DNA of 63,124 nt from Candidatus Caccoplasma merdipullorum (GTDB lineage: Bacteria; Bacteroidota; Bacteroidia; Bacteroidales; G3-4614): NCBI GenBank assembly GCA_017694415.1, contig JADIMW010000076.1:1-63124 (forward strand), given 5' to 3'. Positions 14,316 through 25,564 of this stretch are shown here, in pieces. The position numbers and the translations under genes were made by a program. Every line of letters starts with the position of its first letter. Within the stretch, counting starts at the first letter, position 1. A model generated the notes under the pieces. It searched no databases and had not been told where the DNA came from. It saw only the letters and a list, made by a program, of their open reading frames with translations.

Positions 14316-15224
14316 TTAATCGGTCTTCCCTTTGCGCAACTGCTGCAACCGTTGTCCTTCGGTCGGGTATATACCCGAAAGGAGTTTATATACGTCTTCC
14401 CTCTCCTGCTGCGGTGCCTCGGAATAGAGGTTTACGAGTTCGTCGAGTTTGGAATCGCTGAATATCGGCAACAGGACGGACATGGAGTTTGTCGAATAGA
14501 CTTCTTTGAGCGTCTGTAATGCCTGTGTTATCACTTTGCGCCCTTTGTCGGGGGACATCGACATCTGGTCGAGTCCGAGCCGGTGGTATTTGTACATCAT
14601 TTCGCGGTACGGCGCCAACCTCTCTTCGGTAAAGGAGGAGATTATCGCCGATCGGTTGCGCGAACTGCCGAATGTCTGCCATCCTGCTTCCTGCGAACTT
14701 TGCCCCATTATGGCGAACGTCTCCGCCTTGCGGAAAAAGACGTCTCCGCCGCGTGGCGAGAATGTGTCGAAATCTATTCCGAGAATAAGGTAAGCATAGA
14801 AGTTGAGTACGCAGGTGAGATTGTTCTCGAACATGTTGTCGTTATAGACCAGCGGTTCGTATTCCTGATAGGTGAACGAAAACTCCGAGTCTTTGAAATT
14901 GAACGTGGTGGTGGTATATGAGGTGTTGTAAACAGGGCGGCTTGCCTGTATCTGAATATCGCCGACGTAGCGCGAGTCTTCGATGCTTTTTATGGTTATG
15001 TATATGGCGCAGTTTATCCTTTCGGCAATAGATATTTGCGCATTGCTCCACTTGCGGTCGTTCATATATTCTGTTACGGACTGCTGGAGCGTATTGAACA
15101 TCTCTTCATCGACCTGATCTTGTACCTGATCGATATTTATTGTAACCTGACAGTTCAACTCTTGTGCCTGAATGTCGATATGGCTTGTTACAAGCAGCAA
15201 CAGAATCGGTATGAATCGTTTCAT
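14316..15224 (-). CDS. porD: DUF4835 family protein (T9SS-associated PorD)
   Basis: 302 aa with a signal peptide. The position between coaBC and recN is the conserved Bacteroidota arrangement for DUF4835/PorD. Confidence 0.6.
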   Translation of the reverse strand: MKRFIPILLLLVTSHIDIQAQELNCQVTINIDQVQDQVDEEMFNTLQQSVTEYMNDRKWSNAQISIAERINCAIYITIKSIEDSRYVGDIQIQASRPVYNTSYTTTTFNFKDSEFSFTYQEYEPLVYNDNMFENNLTCVLNFYAYLILGIDFDTFSPRGGDVFFRKAETFAIMGQSSQEAGWQTFGSSRNRSAIISSFTEERLAPYREMMYKYHRLGLDQMSMSPDKGRKVITQALQTLKEVYSTNSMSVLLPIFSDSKLDELVNLYSEAPQQEREDVYKLLSGIYPTEGQRLQQLRKGKTD

Positions 15225-15231
15225 CTGTTTT

Positions 15232-16431
15232 TTATTTACCGTATATTCCCGATATGTATGTTATTATGTCGTCGGCAACGGCACTCTTGCTTTTCATCGG
15301 GTATGACGTCTTTTCGCCGGTTCGGGAGATTATGGTTATCTTGTTGTTGTCTCCTCCGAAGCAGGCTCCTTTGTCGGCCAACGAATTCAGGACTATGAAA
15401 TCGAGATTTTTTTTCTCCAGTTTGTGCCGCGCATTTTCTTCTTCATTGTCGCTCTCGAGTGCAAATCCTGCAAGTATTTGCCCCGGTTTTTTGATTTGTC
15501 CCAATGATGCTGCTATGTCGGGATTGGGTATCAGTTTGAGCATCATGTCGGCATTGCCGCGTTTTATTTTTGTGGCGTTGGTCTGTTCGGGGGCGAAATC
15601 GGCTACGGCTGCACACATTACCGCTATGTCGCTGTCGGGGAAGTTTTCTGTCGCCGCCTTGTACATTTCTTTGGCGGACTCTACATCTATGCGCTTTACT
15701 CCTGCCGGTGTCGGCAGTGTTACCGGGCCGGATATGAGGGTTACTTCTGCTCCGCGCGATGCGAAAGCGGTAGCTATGGCGTATCCCATTTTACCCGACG
15801 AGTAATTTCCTATGAAGCGTACAGGGTCGATTTTTTCGTATGTCGGACCTGCCGTTATCATTACTTTTTTCCCGAAGAAACTTTTGCTCGCGGAGAAGAA
15901 ACGCTCCAGCTCGTCGGCTATTTTTTCGGGTTCTTCCATACGTCCTTTTCCTTCGAGACCGCTGGCCAATGCGCCTTCGGCCGGTTCGATGATATGGTTT
16001 CCGTATGAACGCAACAGTTCGAGGTTGCGCCGTGTCGAGGGATGACGGTACATGTCGAAATCCATGGCGGGAGCCACGAATACCGGCGCACGCGCCGAGA
16101 GATAGGTGGTAATGAGCATATTGTCGGCTACGCCGTTTGCCATTTTTGCTATGGTGGAGGCTGTTGCCGGGGCTATCAGCATGGCATCTGCCCAAAGTCC
16201 TAAATCGACGTGGCTGTGCCATTCTCCGGTGTTGGCGGTGAAGAACTCTGATATTACAGGTTTCTGGGTAAGGGACGATAGGGTTACCGGTGTGATGAAT
16301 TCCTTGCCGGACGGGGTTATGACAACTTGTACTTCTGCTCCCCGCTTTATCAGCGTCCGCGCCAGATATACGGCCTTGTATGCTGCTATGCTGCCGGTTA
16401 TGCCCAATATTATCTTTTTGTTCTTCAACAT
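15232..16431 (-). CDS. coaBC: Bifunctional phosphopantothenoylcysteine decarboxylase / phosphopantothenate-cysteine ligase
   Basis: The N-terminal flavoprotein domain has ILGITGSIAAYKA and the C-terminal CoaB domain has ITAGPTYEKIDPVRFIGNYSSGKMG. The 399-aa length fits. Confidence 0.95.
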   Translation of the reverse strand: MLKNKKIILGITGSIAAYKAVYLARTLIKRGAEVQVVITPSGKEFITPVTLSSLTQKPVISEFFTANTGEWHSHVDLGLWADAMLIAPATASTIAKMANGVADNMLITTYLSARAPVFVAPAMDFDMYRHPSTRRNLELLRSYGNHIIEPAEGALASGLEGKGRMEEPEKIADELERFFSASKSFFGKKVMITAGPTYEKIDPVRFIGNYSSGKMGYAIATAFASRGAEVTLISGPVTLPTPAGVKRIDVESAKEMYKAATENFPDSDIAVMCAAVADFAPEQTNATKIKRGNADMMLKLIPNPDIAASLGQIKKPGQILAGFALESDNEEENARHKLEKKNLDFIVLNSLADKGACFGGDNNKITIISRTGEKTSYPMKSKSAVADDIITYISGIYGK

Positions 16432-16442
16432 CGCTTTCTTTT

Positions 16443-17222
16443 TTATTTGTTACGCTGATAATTTATCCACAACTCGGTAAGGGTTTTCTTCGTGTTGAGG
16501 GTAAATATTCCTTTCATCATCCAGTCGTAATACGACGGGTCTTTTTTGAACACGTCTATTACTTTTTTTCCTTTGTATTTGCCGAAGTTAAAGACTTCGC
16601 ATCCGTTTTCGTCATATACCATCTTGCCCGCAAAATCGACGTTGCGGTTGAATGACGAAAATTCGGAGAGGGCGGCTACGTCGTTGGGCAGTTCGGGGTA
16701 TCTGTCCAGTTGTGCCTGAAGCACTTCGTAAGTGGCACGGGTGTCGGCTCCTGCCGAGTGCGCGTTTTCGAGCGTCTTGCCGCAATAGAACTTGTATGCC
16801 GCCGCCAGCGTCCTCTGTTCCATTTTGTGAAATATCGTCTGTACGTCTATCATCTTGCGGCGCGATACGTCGAATTTCGCATCGGCACGTATCATCTCTT
16901 CCGCCAACAGCGGGATGTCGAACCTGTCGGAATTGTATCCTGCCAAATCGCACCCTTCGAATACTTTCGATATGTGTTTGGCTATCTCCTTGAATGTGGG
17001 AGCTTCCGCCACATCGGCATCGGTTATGCCGTGCAGGGCGGTCGCTCCCTCAGGTATGTGGATTCCGGGATTTACCCGTATTGTCTCGCTCTCTTCCTTG
17101 CCGTTGGGATATACTTTTATGTAACTTATCTCGACTATGCGGTCTTCGGCTACATTTATGCCCGTGGTTTCGAGGTCGAAAAATATTATCGGATTCTTTA
17201 TGTTTATCTTCATATTCGACAA
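16443..17222 (-). CDS. DnaQ-like 3'-5' exonuclease (DNA polymerase III epsilon-like)
   Basis: Exo I is FFDLETTG, Exo II is AGYNSDRFDIPLL, and Exo III is HSAGADTRATYEV. Confidence 0.85.
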   Translation of the reverse strand: MSNMKINIKNPIIFFDLETTGINVAEDRIVEISYIKVYPNGKEESETIRVNPGIHIPEGATALHGITDADVAEAPTFKEIAKHISKVFEGCDLAGYNSDRFDIPLLAEEMIRADAKFDVSRRKMIDVQTIFHKMEQRTLAAAYKFYCGKTLENAHSAGADTRATYEVLQAQLDRYPELPNDVAALSEFSSFNRNVDFAGKMVYDENGCEVFNFGKYKGKKVIDVFKKDPSYYDWMMKGIFTLNTKKTLTELWINYQRNK

Positions 17223-17249
17223 CCTGCAATATTCTTTATATCGCTATCG

Positions 17250-18377
17250 CTAAAAATCGGTAAGCATTATCGGCATCAGCAATATCAGCAAGTCTTCGTC
17301 CGGCTCGTTCACTACGGGGGTGATTACTCCTGCACGGGACGGGTCGGAGAGTTGCAGCGATATGTCCTGCGAGGCTATGTTGTTGAGTATCTCTATCAGG
17401 AAATTCGCACTGAATCCGATATTCATCGTGTCGCCGGTATAGCTGCATGCCACGCTCTCCTGTGCTGATGTAGAGAACGATATGTTGCGAGCCGATACTA
17501 CGAGCTTGTCGGGCGAGAGTTGCAGTTTTACGAGACTGCTGCGCTGGTCGGAGAATACGGAGACTCTTCGCAATGCCGTGATAAATACGGAACGGTCTAT
17601 TATCAGCTGGCTCGGGTTGTTCTGCGGTATTACTGCTGCATATTTGGGATATGTGCCTTCTATCAGACGGCAGTTGAGGACAAAATCGGAGAGTCTGAAA
17701 CATGCGTTCTTGTCGTCGAACGTTATGGTTACGTCGCCGTCTTCTTTTGAAAGGATGTTTTTTAGCAATGTGGCCGGTTTGCGCGGCAGTATGAACGAGG
17801 TTTGCAATCCTGTCTGTACCGACATGTTCTTGAAACATGCGAGTTTCTGGCTGTCGGATGCGACGAATACGATATGGTCGGGTTTTATGTCGAAGTATAT
17901 TCCGTTCATTATCGGCCGCAGGTCGCTGTCGCCCAGCGCGAACGACGTGCGGTTTATTCCGTTGAGCAGTGCGGAGGAGGAGATGGATATGGTCTTGGCG
18001 GTATCGCTCATCGGGGCACGCTGCGGATAGTCGTTACCGTTTATCCCCACGAATCCGAACTGCCCGTTCTGGAAATAGAGGAATATCTCGAGGTTAGCAT
18101 CGTTTATTTCGAACGTCAGCGGCTGGTCGGGCAACTCTTTTAATGAATCGAGCAGCATTTTTGCCGATACGGCGAAAACGCCTTTTCCTTCGGATTCCTG
18201 TACCTCGAACGTGGTTGTCATGGTTGTTTCTTGATCGGAGGCTGTTACGGTCATCTCTCCGTCGGAAAGGGTGAAAAGGAAATTATCCAGTATGGATATG
18301 GTATTTTTCGAATTTATTACACGCCCGACTGCCTGTAAGTGGAACAATAGTGTCGAACTTGAAACGATGAACTTCAT
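17250..18377 (-). CDS. dnaN: DNA polymerase III subunit beta (sliding clamp)
   Basis: 375 aa. The N-terminus MKFIVSSSTLLFHLQAVGRVI and the C-terminus LILLMPIMLTDF are typical of DnaN. Confidence 0.93.
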   Translation of the reverse strand: MKFIVSSSTLLFHLQAVGRVINSKNTISILDNFLFTLSDGEMTVTASDQETTMTTTFEVQESEGKGVFAVSAKMLLDSLKELPDQPLTFEINDANLEIFLYFQNGQFGFVGINGNDYPQRAPMSDTAKTISISSSALLNGINRTSFALGDSDLRPIMNGIYFDIKPDHIVFVASDSQKLACFKNMSVQTGLQTSFILPRKPATLLKNILSKEDGDVTITFDDKNACFRLSDFVLNCRLIEGTYPKYAAVIPQNNPSQLIIDRSVFITALRRVSVFSDQRSSLVKLQLSPDKLVVSARNISFSTSAQESVACSYTGDTMNIGFSANFLIEILNNIASQDISLQLSDPSRAGVITPVVNEPDEDLLILLMPIMLTDF

Positions 18378-18516
18378 ATGCTTATGATTATTATGTTATT
18401 ATATTGTTATTCCGTAAGTTTTCCAGTCCTCCTCTTTCAGGGATAGACGAGAGCAAATATAATACTTTTTTGCTAATGGGTGTGTTTTTATTATGAATAA
18501 TACCACAGGGGGATTT

Positions 18517-19959
18517 TTATTTTTCTACTCGTTTTTTTATGATTGTTACCGAATAGATTAATGTGGCCAATGTTACGGCGGATGCCAACGGGATACCGTA
18601 CAGCGCGGGAATACGCAACAGAATGAATACTGCCGCAACCAGTATGGTAGTTGTAGTCAGCACGGAATACATCCGTTTTTCGGGACGGAACCCGTAACGT
18701 ACGGCGCAGAGTCCCCATATCAGAATCGTGTAGAGGACAAAATTAAGCAGGAATGCGGCTCCCAACCCTTCCAGCCCCCATATTGTATAGAAGAGGATAT
18801 TTATGATAAACGACGTGGTATCGGATATGAATTCGGTAATAAGGAAGAGGCGTCCCTGACTCTTTGCCAACAGTACAAATCCCAATGACCATGATATGCC
18901 TTTGAACAGAACGCCTGTTATAGCCCAACCCGTATATCGGGTTGCCATATTGAATGTCTTGTCGTACAGAAGATTTATTATCTCGTTCTGGAACATAAGG
19001 AAGAGGGTTGCCAGCGGAGCGAGCAGCAACAGGGTCGTTTCTATCTGTCGGGAAACCTGCCGGGAGGTTTCGGCATTGTCGCTGCTAACCGCGGACAAGC
19101 GCGGATAATATTCGGACGACATGGCTATAAAGATAAGCCCCACGTATCGCGATACGAGGGTATAGCCCGACTGGTACAACCCCACATCTGCCGTGGACGA
19201 GTAACGATTGAGCCACGCTATAAGCACGTAGTTCAGCAACGTGGTAATGAATCCGCTTATGGTCATGTATATTCCGAGGCGCATCATAGGTGTTCCTTCG
19301 CGGAATGCGATACGTGCCGTTATTTTCTCTGATGGCGGATATGTCCGTCTGGAATATATTGCGGCGAATATATAGGTGGATAGTGATGCGGCTATCAACG
19401 ACGGCACTATTCCGGCCATACCGAAGAAGTAATAGAGGGGGACGGATATTGCCAGCGACAGGATGCTGCCGGCTACCGACGAACGGGCGAGGAGCTTTAA
19501 TTTTTCGCCTCCTTGCAACACGGCCTGTTCTCCTCCGGTAAGGGCATTCAGCAACAGTGATGCCGACAGGAAGACGAATCCCCATATATATCGGTCGCTG
19601 CCGAAAGTGATACGGCTCAACAGCGGTGCTGCGCCGATAAATATCATCGCCCCTAACAAACCTGTAAAGAGCGACAGCCGCCGCAATACGGATATTATCC
19701 GCATCATTCCGCTGCCGCCTGCCGCCCGTGCTGCGGAGACATCGCGGACTCCGCTTTGGCGCAGCCCTAATCCTGTAACTGACGATACTACGTCGGTTGC
19801 ACTGTTGAACAGCGAAATTATTCCCACGCCTTCGGGCCCGAGCAGAACGGCTATTACCTTGTTACGGACAAGTGAGCAGAGTACGGTTATGCTTTGTACT
19901 CCGCCAAACAGACCTGTGGCTTTTAATATGCGTCGGTATAGGCCGCTGTCGTTTTGCAT
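18517..19959 (-). CDS. Oligosaccharide flippase family protein (Wzx/MOP superfamily)
   Basis: 480 aa and highly hydrophobic with multiple predicted TM helices. The N-terminus has the typical flippase pattern ...ATGLFGGVQSITVLCSLVRNKVIAVLLGPEGVG. Confidence 0.75.
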   Translation of the reverse strand: MQNDSGLYRRILKATGLFGGVQSITVLCSLVRNKVIAVLLGPEGVGIISLFNSATDVVSSVTGLGLRQSGVRDVSAARAAGGSGMMRIISVLRRLSLFTGLLGAMIFIGAAPLLSRITFGSDRYIWGFVFLSASLLLNALTGGEQAVLQGGEKLKLLARSSVAGSILSLAISVPLYYFFGMAGIVPSLIAASLSTYIFAAIYSRRTYPPSEKITARIAFREGTPMMRLGIYMTISGFITTLLNYVLIAWLNRYSSTADVGLYQSGYTLVSRYVGLIFIAMSSEYYPRLSAVSSDNAETSRQVSRQIETTLLLLAPLATLFLMFQNEIINLLYDKTFNMATRYTGWAITGVLFKGISWSLGFVLLAKSQGRLFLITEFISDTTSFIINILFYTIWGLEGLGAAFLLNFVLYTILIWGLCAVRYGFRPEKRMYSVLTTTTILVAAVFILLRIPALYGIPLASAVTLATLIYSVTIIKKRVEK

Positions 19960-20014
19960 CTTTGTTTTCTGCTCTGTTATTCTGTTTCTGCGGGTTATTA
20001 TCGTTTAGCCTGCA

Positions 20015-20965
20015 TTATTCGGGGATATTTATCTCGTATGTGTCGTAAACCGTCCCTGTCGCCCCGAACCCTTCTTTTTGCCTCAGCAATCCTTCGTTGA
20101 GTATTTCGCCACGCTGTTCGGTGGATATTCCGAAGTCGAAACAGGGGACGTGTTTGTACCGCTCGGTGAGCAGATAGGAGAATATCACGTCCAGTCCTCC
20201 CGTCTCGCGTCCGTATGGTGTTGAGGCTATGTATTGCACATGTACGCATCGCGGGGTTTCGTAAACTACTGTCCCGGCCAACAGCTCTCCCTCTTTTTCG
20301 GATATGTAGAGACGGATGTTTTCGGGAAAACGGCTTTGCAACAGCGTTATCTCTTCTAATGTATGCACGGGCGATACGGAATGGCGTTCGGCGAGGTTGG
20401 CGGTGAGTATTTGCCAGAACGGGGCGAAATCGACCGTTTCGCGTACTGATACTCCGTTTTTCAGCCCTTTTTTTATGCAGCGGCTTCGCAGCTTGGAGAA
20501 GTGCGCTGCTCCCGACGGCAGTATTACCGTGGACGAGAGGGTACGTCCTGTCAGTTTGGCTCCGTACCGGTAGAGGGCATAGAGTTCTTCTTCGGCCGGT
20601 GCGCAGTGATATATGTGCGGCACGGGTTTGTATATTATGCGGCGGATTCCGTACTCCCGGAGGTGATTTATCATGGCATCGAATATTTTCATTACTTCTG
20701 TTCCTCCGCAGTGCCGGGAGACGAGCAGCCCGCCGTATGTGAGCCCGCCGTGGGAAATGAGCGTGCCGTCGTCTTCGTTTGCCGGGAGCAGGGCTACGGG
20801 CTCGCCTGCCGAGCGGAACACCAGCGAGTGGTCGTTGTACCGGTCGGAATGGTAATCCATGTAATCGCGACGGAAAAGGAACGTGGCATTGCGCGATACG
20901 GAGACCTGCGCATCCCATGTGTCCTTGTCTTTCGGCAGATATATGTCGGCTTTTATGTCTTTCAT
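20015..20965 (-). CDS. GNAT/FemAB-like acyltransferase family protein
   Basis: About 316 aa starting from the internal ATG at 20963-20965 (MKDIKADIYL...). I chose this start to avoid a 49-nt overlap with the upstream M23 gene; the longer ORF would start at 21025. The family call comes from overall resemblance only. Confidence 0.5.
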   Translation of the reverse strand: MKDIKADIYLPKDKDTWDAQVSVSRNATFLFRRDYMDYHSDRYNDHSLVFRSAGEPVALLPANEDDGTLISHGGLTYGGLLVSRHCGGTEVMKIFDAMINHLREYGIRRIIYKPVPHIYHCAPAEEELYALYRYGAKLTGRTLSSTVILPSGAAHFSKLRSRCIKKGLKNGVSVRETVDFAPFWQILTANLAERHSVSPVHTLEEITLLQSRFPENIRLYISEKEGELLAGTVVYETPRCVHVQYIASTPYGRETGGLDVIFSYLLTERYKHVPCFDFGISTEQRGEILNEGLLRQKEGFGATGTVYDTYEINIPE

Positions 20966-20976
20966 CTGTTGCGGGG

Positions 20977-22203
20977 TTATTTGTCGAGCCAGAGTTCGGG
21001 ATTTTGTTTTGCCGTTTCTTTCCATAACTGGAAATGCAACAGTGTGGAATTGTTGTCTTCGGGGTCGGAATATATCCTGCCTATTGCCTGACGTGTTTTT
21101 ACCTTGCTGCCTACTTTTACATATACTTCGCTCAGGTTGGAGTATATGGTGAGGTAGTTTCCGTGGCGTACTATTACGGAACTGTTGTATCCGGGCACAA
21201 CGAAGATTTTCGTTACTACTCCGTCGAATACGCTCCGTGCTTCGGTTCCGGGAAGTGTCTTTATTATTATGCCGCTGTTGTTTACTTGTACGTATTTTAA
21301 TTCGGAGTGCTGCTGCCGTCCGAAATGTCCGATTATCATGTAGCGTCCGGAAAGGGGCATCGGGAGCTTTCCTTTGTTCTGTTCGAAACTTTTTGCCAAT
21401 ACCTGTTCGTCTTTTGTCATGGAATATCCGCCGTAACTTTGCGGTTTTCTTTCGGTATCGGATTTTTGGTTGGACTTGCGCGCTTCTTCGGCTATCAACT
21501 GCTCTATCTTGCGGTCTAATGCTGCCGCCTGTTCTTTCTGCCTCTTCAGTTCGCTGCGAAGTGCCTTTTCGTTCTTCTTCATGTTATTGACCACCACTTT
21601 CTGGTCGGCTTCTTTCTTCTTCAGCTTTTCGGCCTCTTCTTGCAGCTTGTCGAGAGCGGCTTTTCTCTCTTTGCGGAGTTGGGCCAGCTCCGTGCGTTTT
21701 TTTACGAGCTCTTCTTGTTGTGCCTTTATCTCTTCGGCCTGTGTCCTCCGCCATGCCGAAAATTCCTTAAGGTAGCGTATGCGCCTTATCGTTTGGCTGA
21801 ATGTATTGGCAGAGAAGAGGAATATCAGCGTTTCATATCCCGAGTTCTGCCGGTATATGCTTTGTATTGCCAATGCGTATTCGCGTTTTTTTTCTTTTAG
21901 TGTAGTTTCGAGTGTGTTTATCTTTTGTGAGAGGTCTCTTTCCTGCCTTTGCAATTTGTTTATTTCGGTGTTTATCTTGTTTATCTCCTTTTTTTGCAGT
22001 GTTATCTCGGCGGTTATCTGATTGAGCCGGCTCAACGATTTTTTTGCCGAGAGTTGTGCTGCCTTGAGTTTCTTGCTGGTATTGGCAACCCGTTGCTGCG
22101 CCTCTTTTTGCTGTTTTTTTAAATCGGACATCCGTGATGACTGCGGATATGCCGACAGGATACAGGTTGCTATCGTGAGTAATATTATGATATGCCGTGT
22201 CAT
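20977..22203 (-). CDS. Murein hydrolase activator / M23 family metallopeptidase with an N-terminal coiled coil (EnvC-like)
   Basis: Signal peptide, then about 230 aa of K/E/Q-rich coiled coil. The C-terminal M23/LytM domain has GVVTKIFVVPGYNSSVIVRHGNYLTIYSNL. Confidence 0.85.
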   Translation of the reverse strand: MTRHIIILLTIATCILSAYPQSSRMSDLKKQQKEAQQRVANTSKKLKAAQLSAKKSLSRLNQITAEITLQKKEINKINTEINKLQRQERDLSQKINTLETTLKEKKREYALAIQSIYRQNSGYETLIFLFSANTFSQTIRRIRYLKEFSAWRRTQAEEIKAQQEELVKKRTELAQLRKERKAALDKLQEEAEKLKKKEADQKVVVNNMKKNEKALRSELKRQKEQAAALDRKIEQLIAEEARKSNQKSDTERKPQSYGGYSMTKDEQVLAKSFEQNKGKLPMPLSGRYMIIGHFGRQQHSELKYVQVNNSGIIIKTLPGTEARSVFDGVVTKIFVVPGYNSSVIVRHGNYLTIYSNLSEVYVKVGSKVKTRQAIGRIYSDPEDNNSTLLHFQLWKETAKQNPELWLDK

Positions 22204-23036
22204 TATTTTATATATGTTTTTATGAAATCGTCAAAAGATATACGCGTATATCTTTTGGATATTGCGGTATCGGGTTCGAATGTCTTTTCCCAATCGTATG
22301 TTATCTCGTTCATCCCTGCTTTTACGGCAAAGTATTTACCGGGCAGCGATATGGTTATGGAGACTTCGCCGGGCACACTTCCTCCTGTTTTCGCTTTTTT
22401 TCGCATGGAATATGTGCTGATAAGGGTGTTGCCTTCTCCGTCGGAAAGATGCGTTTGTGCGAGGTCGGCATCTTTCCCTACCGTGAATTTAAGTTCGGGA
22501 TATTTTCCGTACGGCGTATGCAAAACCGTTTTGTCGCCGTCCGTGCTCCAACGGAATTTATCGTAATCGTTTTCTGTTATGTTATTGCCGGAGAGTTTGA
22601 ACGGAGCTCCGAGCAGAAGGCTCTGGATTTGGGGGATTCCTGCGCCTCCGGGGATTTTTTGGGACAGGGCGGAGACTGCTTCGACTGCAGCGATTCCGTT
22701 TAAACGGTCCATGACGTATATGGAATCGGGGGTAAGCATTAGCCTTAGCATCTCTATTCCGAGTACGGGCATGAACGAAACTTGCACAAACTCTCCTTTA
22801 ATCATCCGTACTTGTGCGCGGGACGACAGGTTGCCCAGTGTAAACAGGCATTTTATCGAAACTTTGTCGTAATCGGGTATTTCTGCAAGCAATGCTTCGT
22901 ACAGGTCTTTTCCTGCGGTGTACGACAACATGGCGGGGTCGTTGTCGGCTAAATCTTTTGCCGTACGGCACGACTCCAGTCCGAGGATAACCGCAAGTAA
23001 TAACGCTCCTGCCGATACGATAATTGCTCTTTTCAT
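22203..23036 (-). CDS. DUF4292 domain-containing lipoprotein
   Basis: I chose the start at MKRAIIVSAGALLLAVILGLESC, a lipoprotein signal with a lipobox Cys. The position between the TPR protein and the M23 peptidase is conserved in Bacteroidales. Confidence 0.6.
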   Translation of the reverse strand: MKRAIIVSAGALLLAVILGLESCRTAKDLADNDPAMLSYTAGKDLYEALLAEIPDYDKVSIKCLFTLGNLSSRAQVRMIKGEFVQVSFMPVLGIEMLRLMLTPDSIYVMDRLNGIAAVEAVSALSQKIPGGAGIPQIQSLLLGAPFKLSGNNITENDYDKFRWSTDGDKTVLHTPYGKYPELKFTVGKDADLAQTHLSDGEGNTLISTYSMRKKAKTGGSVPGEVSITISLPGKYFAVKAGMNEITYDWEKTFEPDTAISKRYTRISFDDFIKTYIK

Positions 23037-23038
23037 AT

Positions 23039-24778
23039 CTACTGCTCTTCGATATACTGCTGCGTTTCTATTTTTTTCTTTAATATTTCGGAGTCGAGGC
23101 CTGCTTCTTCGGCTTGTTTCCAATATCGTACCGCTTCGACGGTTTTTCCTTGTTTGTAGAGTATGTCGCCGTAGTGGTCGAGTATTTCGGGAACGACATC
23201 GCCGCTGTTGTCCAACGCCATTTTGGTATAGAGTTCGGCAAGTGTATAGTTTCCCCGTTTAAAGAATATCCAGCCGTATGTGTCGAGATATGTGGCATTT
23301 GCCGGTTCTTCGGCTATGGTTATGGCACTCATCTTTTCGGCTTTTTTAAGGTCGCCTCCAGATATGGCTATGTAATAGCTGTAGTTGTTAAGAGCCCCAA
23401 GATTTTTAGGATTGTACTCTATTGCTTTTTCGTAATAGCAGAATGCTGAATCGACATTGTTCTGTTTGTAATATATGTCGCCTATCTGTGCGTATATGCC
23501 TGAAAGGACTTCGGTGTTCTGCTGCATCTTGGATGCCGCCTTGTGCAGTGTCGTCAATGCTTTGCCGTCCTGTTCGGCATAGAAGTAGTATGACCCTGCC
23601 AACGACAAATAGAGGGAATCTTCCCCGAAGTACTCCAACGACTCGTCTATGGCATTGTTCATCGCATCGCTCTTGTTCTGGTTGAAGAGGACTCCTATGA
23701 GTTTTTTCCACATTTCCTGATTGTCGGGCTGTAAATCGAGCGATACACGTATCTGCTCTTCGGCTTCGGGATATTTTTCCTGCATCAACAGGACTTCCGT
23801 ATAGAAATCGCGTATATCGCTGCTGCGGGGGTATGCTTCTATGAGCGACGAAAACAACTGGTCGGCTTTTTGGAAGGAACTGACGTCCTTGTCTTTTTGC
23901 AACAGGATATATATGAAATTTTTCAGCATCGCCAACTTGGTGTTGAGTTCCAAATCGGGGCAGGAAAAGGCATCGAACAACGCTACTTGCAGACTGTCTT
24001 CGGCTTTTGTTACTCTGTAATATTCGGCTTTTGCCATGGGGAGAAGGCAGTTTTCGGGGTTCATGGCTTCTATTTCGCGTATTACTGCCCTACTCTGCTC
24101 TATGCTGTCCACCTCGAGATAACCCGATGAAAGCATTGTCTTATATTCGATATTGTCGGGATTGGCTTCGGACAGGCGTTTCAACTCTTTCAATATGTCG
24201 CCTTTCCTTTCAAGACGGTCGAGAATGTTTATCTTCATCATCGTGGCATAGTACATATCGCCCGTCAGACGTTCTATGTTGTCGTAACACGCCAGCGCCG
24301 AGTCGTAGTCTTCGTCGGCGAGATATGCCTCGGCGAGGTACTGATGCAGCGATTCATCGTACGGGTCGTTATAGAGCATCCTGTTGTAAATTCTTATCGC
24401 ATTTTTGTTATCGCCGATATTGAGCAACATGTTTGCCGCTCCTATGTTGTACCAATAGTTATCGGAATTGGCATCGGCTGCCGCAACCGCACACCGTGCC
24501 GCTTCTTTTTCTTCGCCCAAGTGGTAATAGTACATGGAGAGCCAGTAGTTTACCTCGGCATTGGTACTGTCGATTGCCGTTGCCCGCCGAAGTAAATCGA
24601 ATGCGGCATCCAGCTCTCCCTTGTTGTCGAGTTTTAGAGCCTCCATATACAGATATTCGACTTTTTCCGAGCCTGCGGTATCGGTTTTTTTCTGTTTTGC
24701 CGACACGGCGGAGGTGAATATAATCGACAGAACTACTACTGCAATACTTGTTACTCTGCTCATATAATCCGATTTCAT
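23039..24778 (-). CDS. Tetratricopeptide repeat (TPR) protein, secreted
   Basis: Multiple TPR-like A/Y/L-periodic repeats are visible. The signal peptide is [22 protein letters not shown]. The start is either the ATG at 24776-24778 (ATGA overlap with the dut stop) or the ATG at 24761-24763. Confidence 0.8.
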   Translation of the reverse strand: MKSDYMSRVTSIAVVVLSIIFTSAVSAKQKKTDTAGSEKVEYLYMEALKLDNKGELDAAFDLLRRATAIDSTNAEVNYWLSMYYYHLGEEKEAARCAVAAADANSDNYWYNIGAANMLLNIGDNKNAIRIYNRMLYNDPYDESLHQYLAEAYLADEDYDSALACYDNIERLTGDMYYATMMKINILDRLERKGDILKELKRLSEANPDNIEYKTMLSSGYLEVDSIEQSRAVIREIEAMNPENCLLPMAKAEYYRVTKAEDSLQVALFDAFSCPDLELNTKLAMLKNFIYILLQKDKDVSSFQKADQLFSSLIEAYPRSSDIRDFYTEVLLMQEKYPEAEEQIRVSLDLQPDNQEMWKKLIGVLFNQNKSDAMNNAIDESLEYFGEDSLYLSLAGSYYFYAEQDGKALTTLHKAASKMQQNTEVLSGIYAQIGDIYYKQNNVDSAFCYYEKAIEYNPKNLGALNNYSYYIAISGGDLKKAEKMSAITIAEEPANATYLDTYGWIFFKRGNYTLAELYTKMALDNSGDVVPEILDHYGDILYKQGKTVEAVRYWKQAEEAGLDSEILKKKIETQQYIEEQ

Positions 24779-25221
24779 TTTACGCCGGTGTGCCCGAAAC
24801 CTCCTGCTCCGCGTTCGGTATCGGAAAGTTCTTCTGCTTCTTCCCACTCTACTTTTACATACTCCTTTACCACCATCTGGCATATCCTTTCTCCGTCTTC
24901 GACTACAAAATCGGTATCGGAAAGGTTTACGAGGATTACGCATATCTCACCCCGATAGTCGGCGTCTATCGTTCCGGGCGTATTGAGGACGCTTATACCT
25001 TTTTTTATGGCCAGACCGCTGCGCGGCCGTATCTGGGCCTCATACCCTTCGGGCAACTCGATGTATATGCCGGTAGGTATCAATGCCCTTTGGAGGGGTT
25101 TCAACAATACGGGGCTCTGCAAATCGGCTCTTAAGTCCATCCCGGCCGAGAACAATGTTCCGTATGCCGGCAACGGATGCTTGCTTGTATTTTTTATCTT
25201 TACTTTTACGGTAGTCATCAT
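24775..25221 (-). CDS. dut: dUTP diphosphatase
   Basis: 148 aa from the [11 protein letters not shown] start. The dUTPase motifs are [20 protein letters not shown] and a C-terminal [10 protein letters not shown]. Confidence 0.93.
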   Translation of the reverse strand: MMTTVKVKIKNTSKHPLPAYGTLFSAGMDLRADLQSPVLLKPLQRALIPTGIYIELPEGYEAQIRPRSGLAIKKGISVLNTPGTIDADYRGEICVILVNLSDTDFVVEDGERICQMVVKEYVKVEWEEAEELSDTERGAGGFGHTGVK

Positions 25222-25471
25222 GTATCCGGATTTTTTTCGGGTTTTGTTATTCTGCTGTTTTAATTTGTCCACGGTGCTTTTACCGAGGGCGAAGTTAATT
25301 AAAACCACGCAATTATACTAATAATACACCTTCTTTAATTTCCTTTGGCAAATTATAGAGGCGTAGCGCATTCCGAGTGTTACAAAAAGTTTCCAAAACC
25401 GTTTATTGCACGGCTTTTTGCTACTTTTATAAAAATAATATCTCTTTTTTCTTGTTTTTTTCTCGAAAACA

Positions 25472-25502
25472 GTTGCAAAGTTACATAAATAATGTATCTT
25501 TG
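25472..25502 (+). promoter_or_regulatory. Candidate Bacteroidetes sigma-A promoter for gdhA
   Basis: The -7 motif TAnnTTTG is matched by tatctttg at 25495-25502. A partial -33 TTG lies at 25473-25475. It sits 63 nt upstream of the gdhA ATG. Confidence 0.4.
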
Positions 25503-25564
25503 TCGCGGTTTTGCCAAAGGGCGATTCCGATATTATGAAATACCAACTTTAAATTACAAATAAA

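Noticed and set aside
19998-20918. 306-aa Arg-rich minus-strand ORF
   Set aside because: It is an alternative frame of the GNAT-like gene. Its extreme R/P/A composition is typical of off-frame translation.
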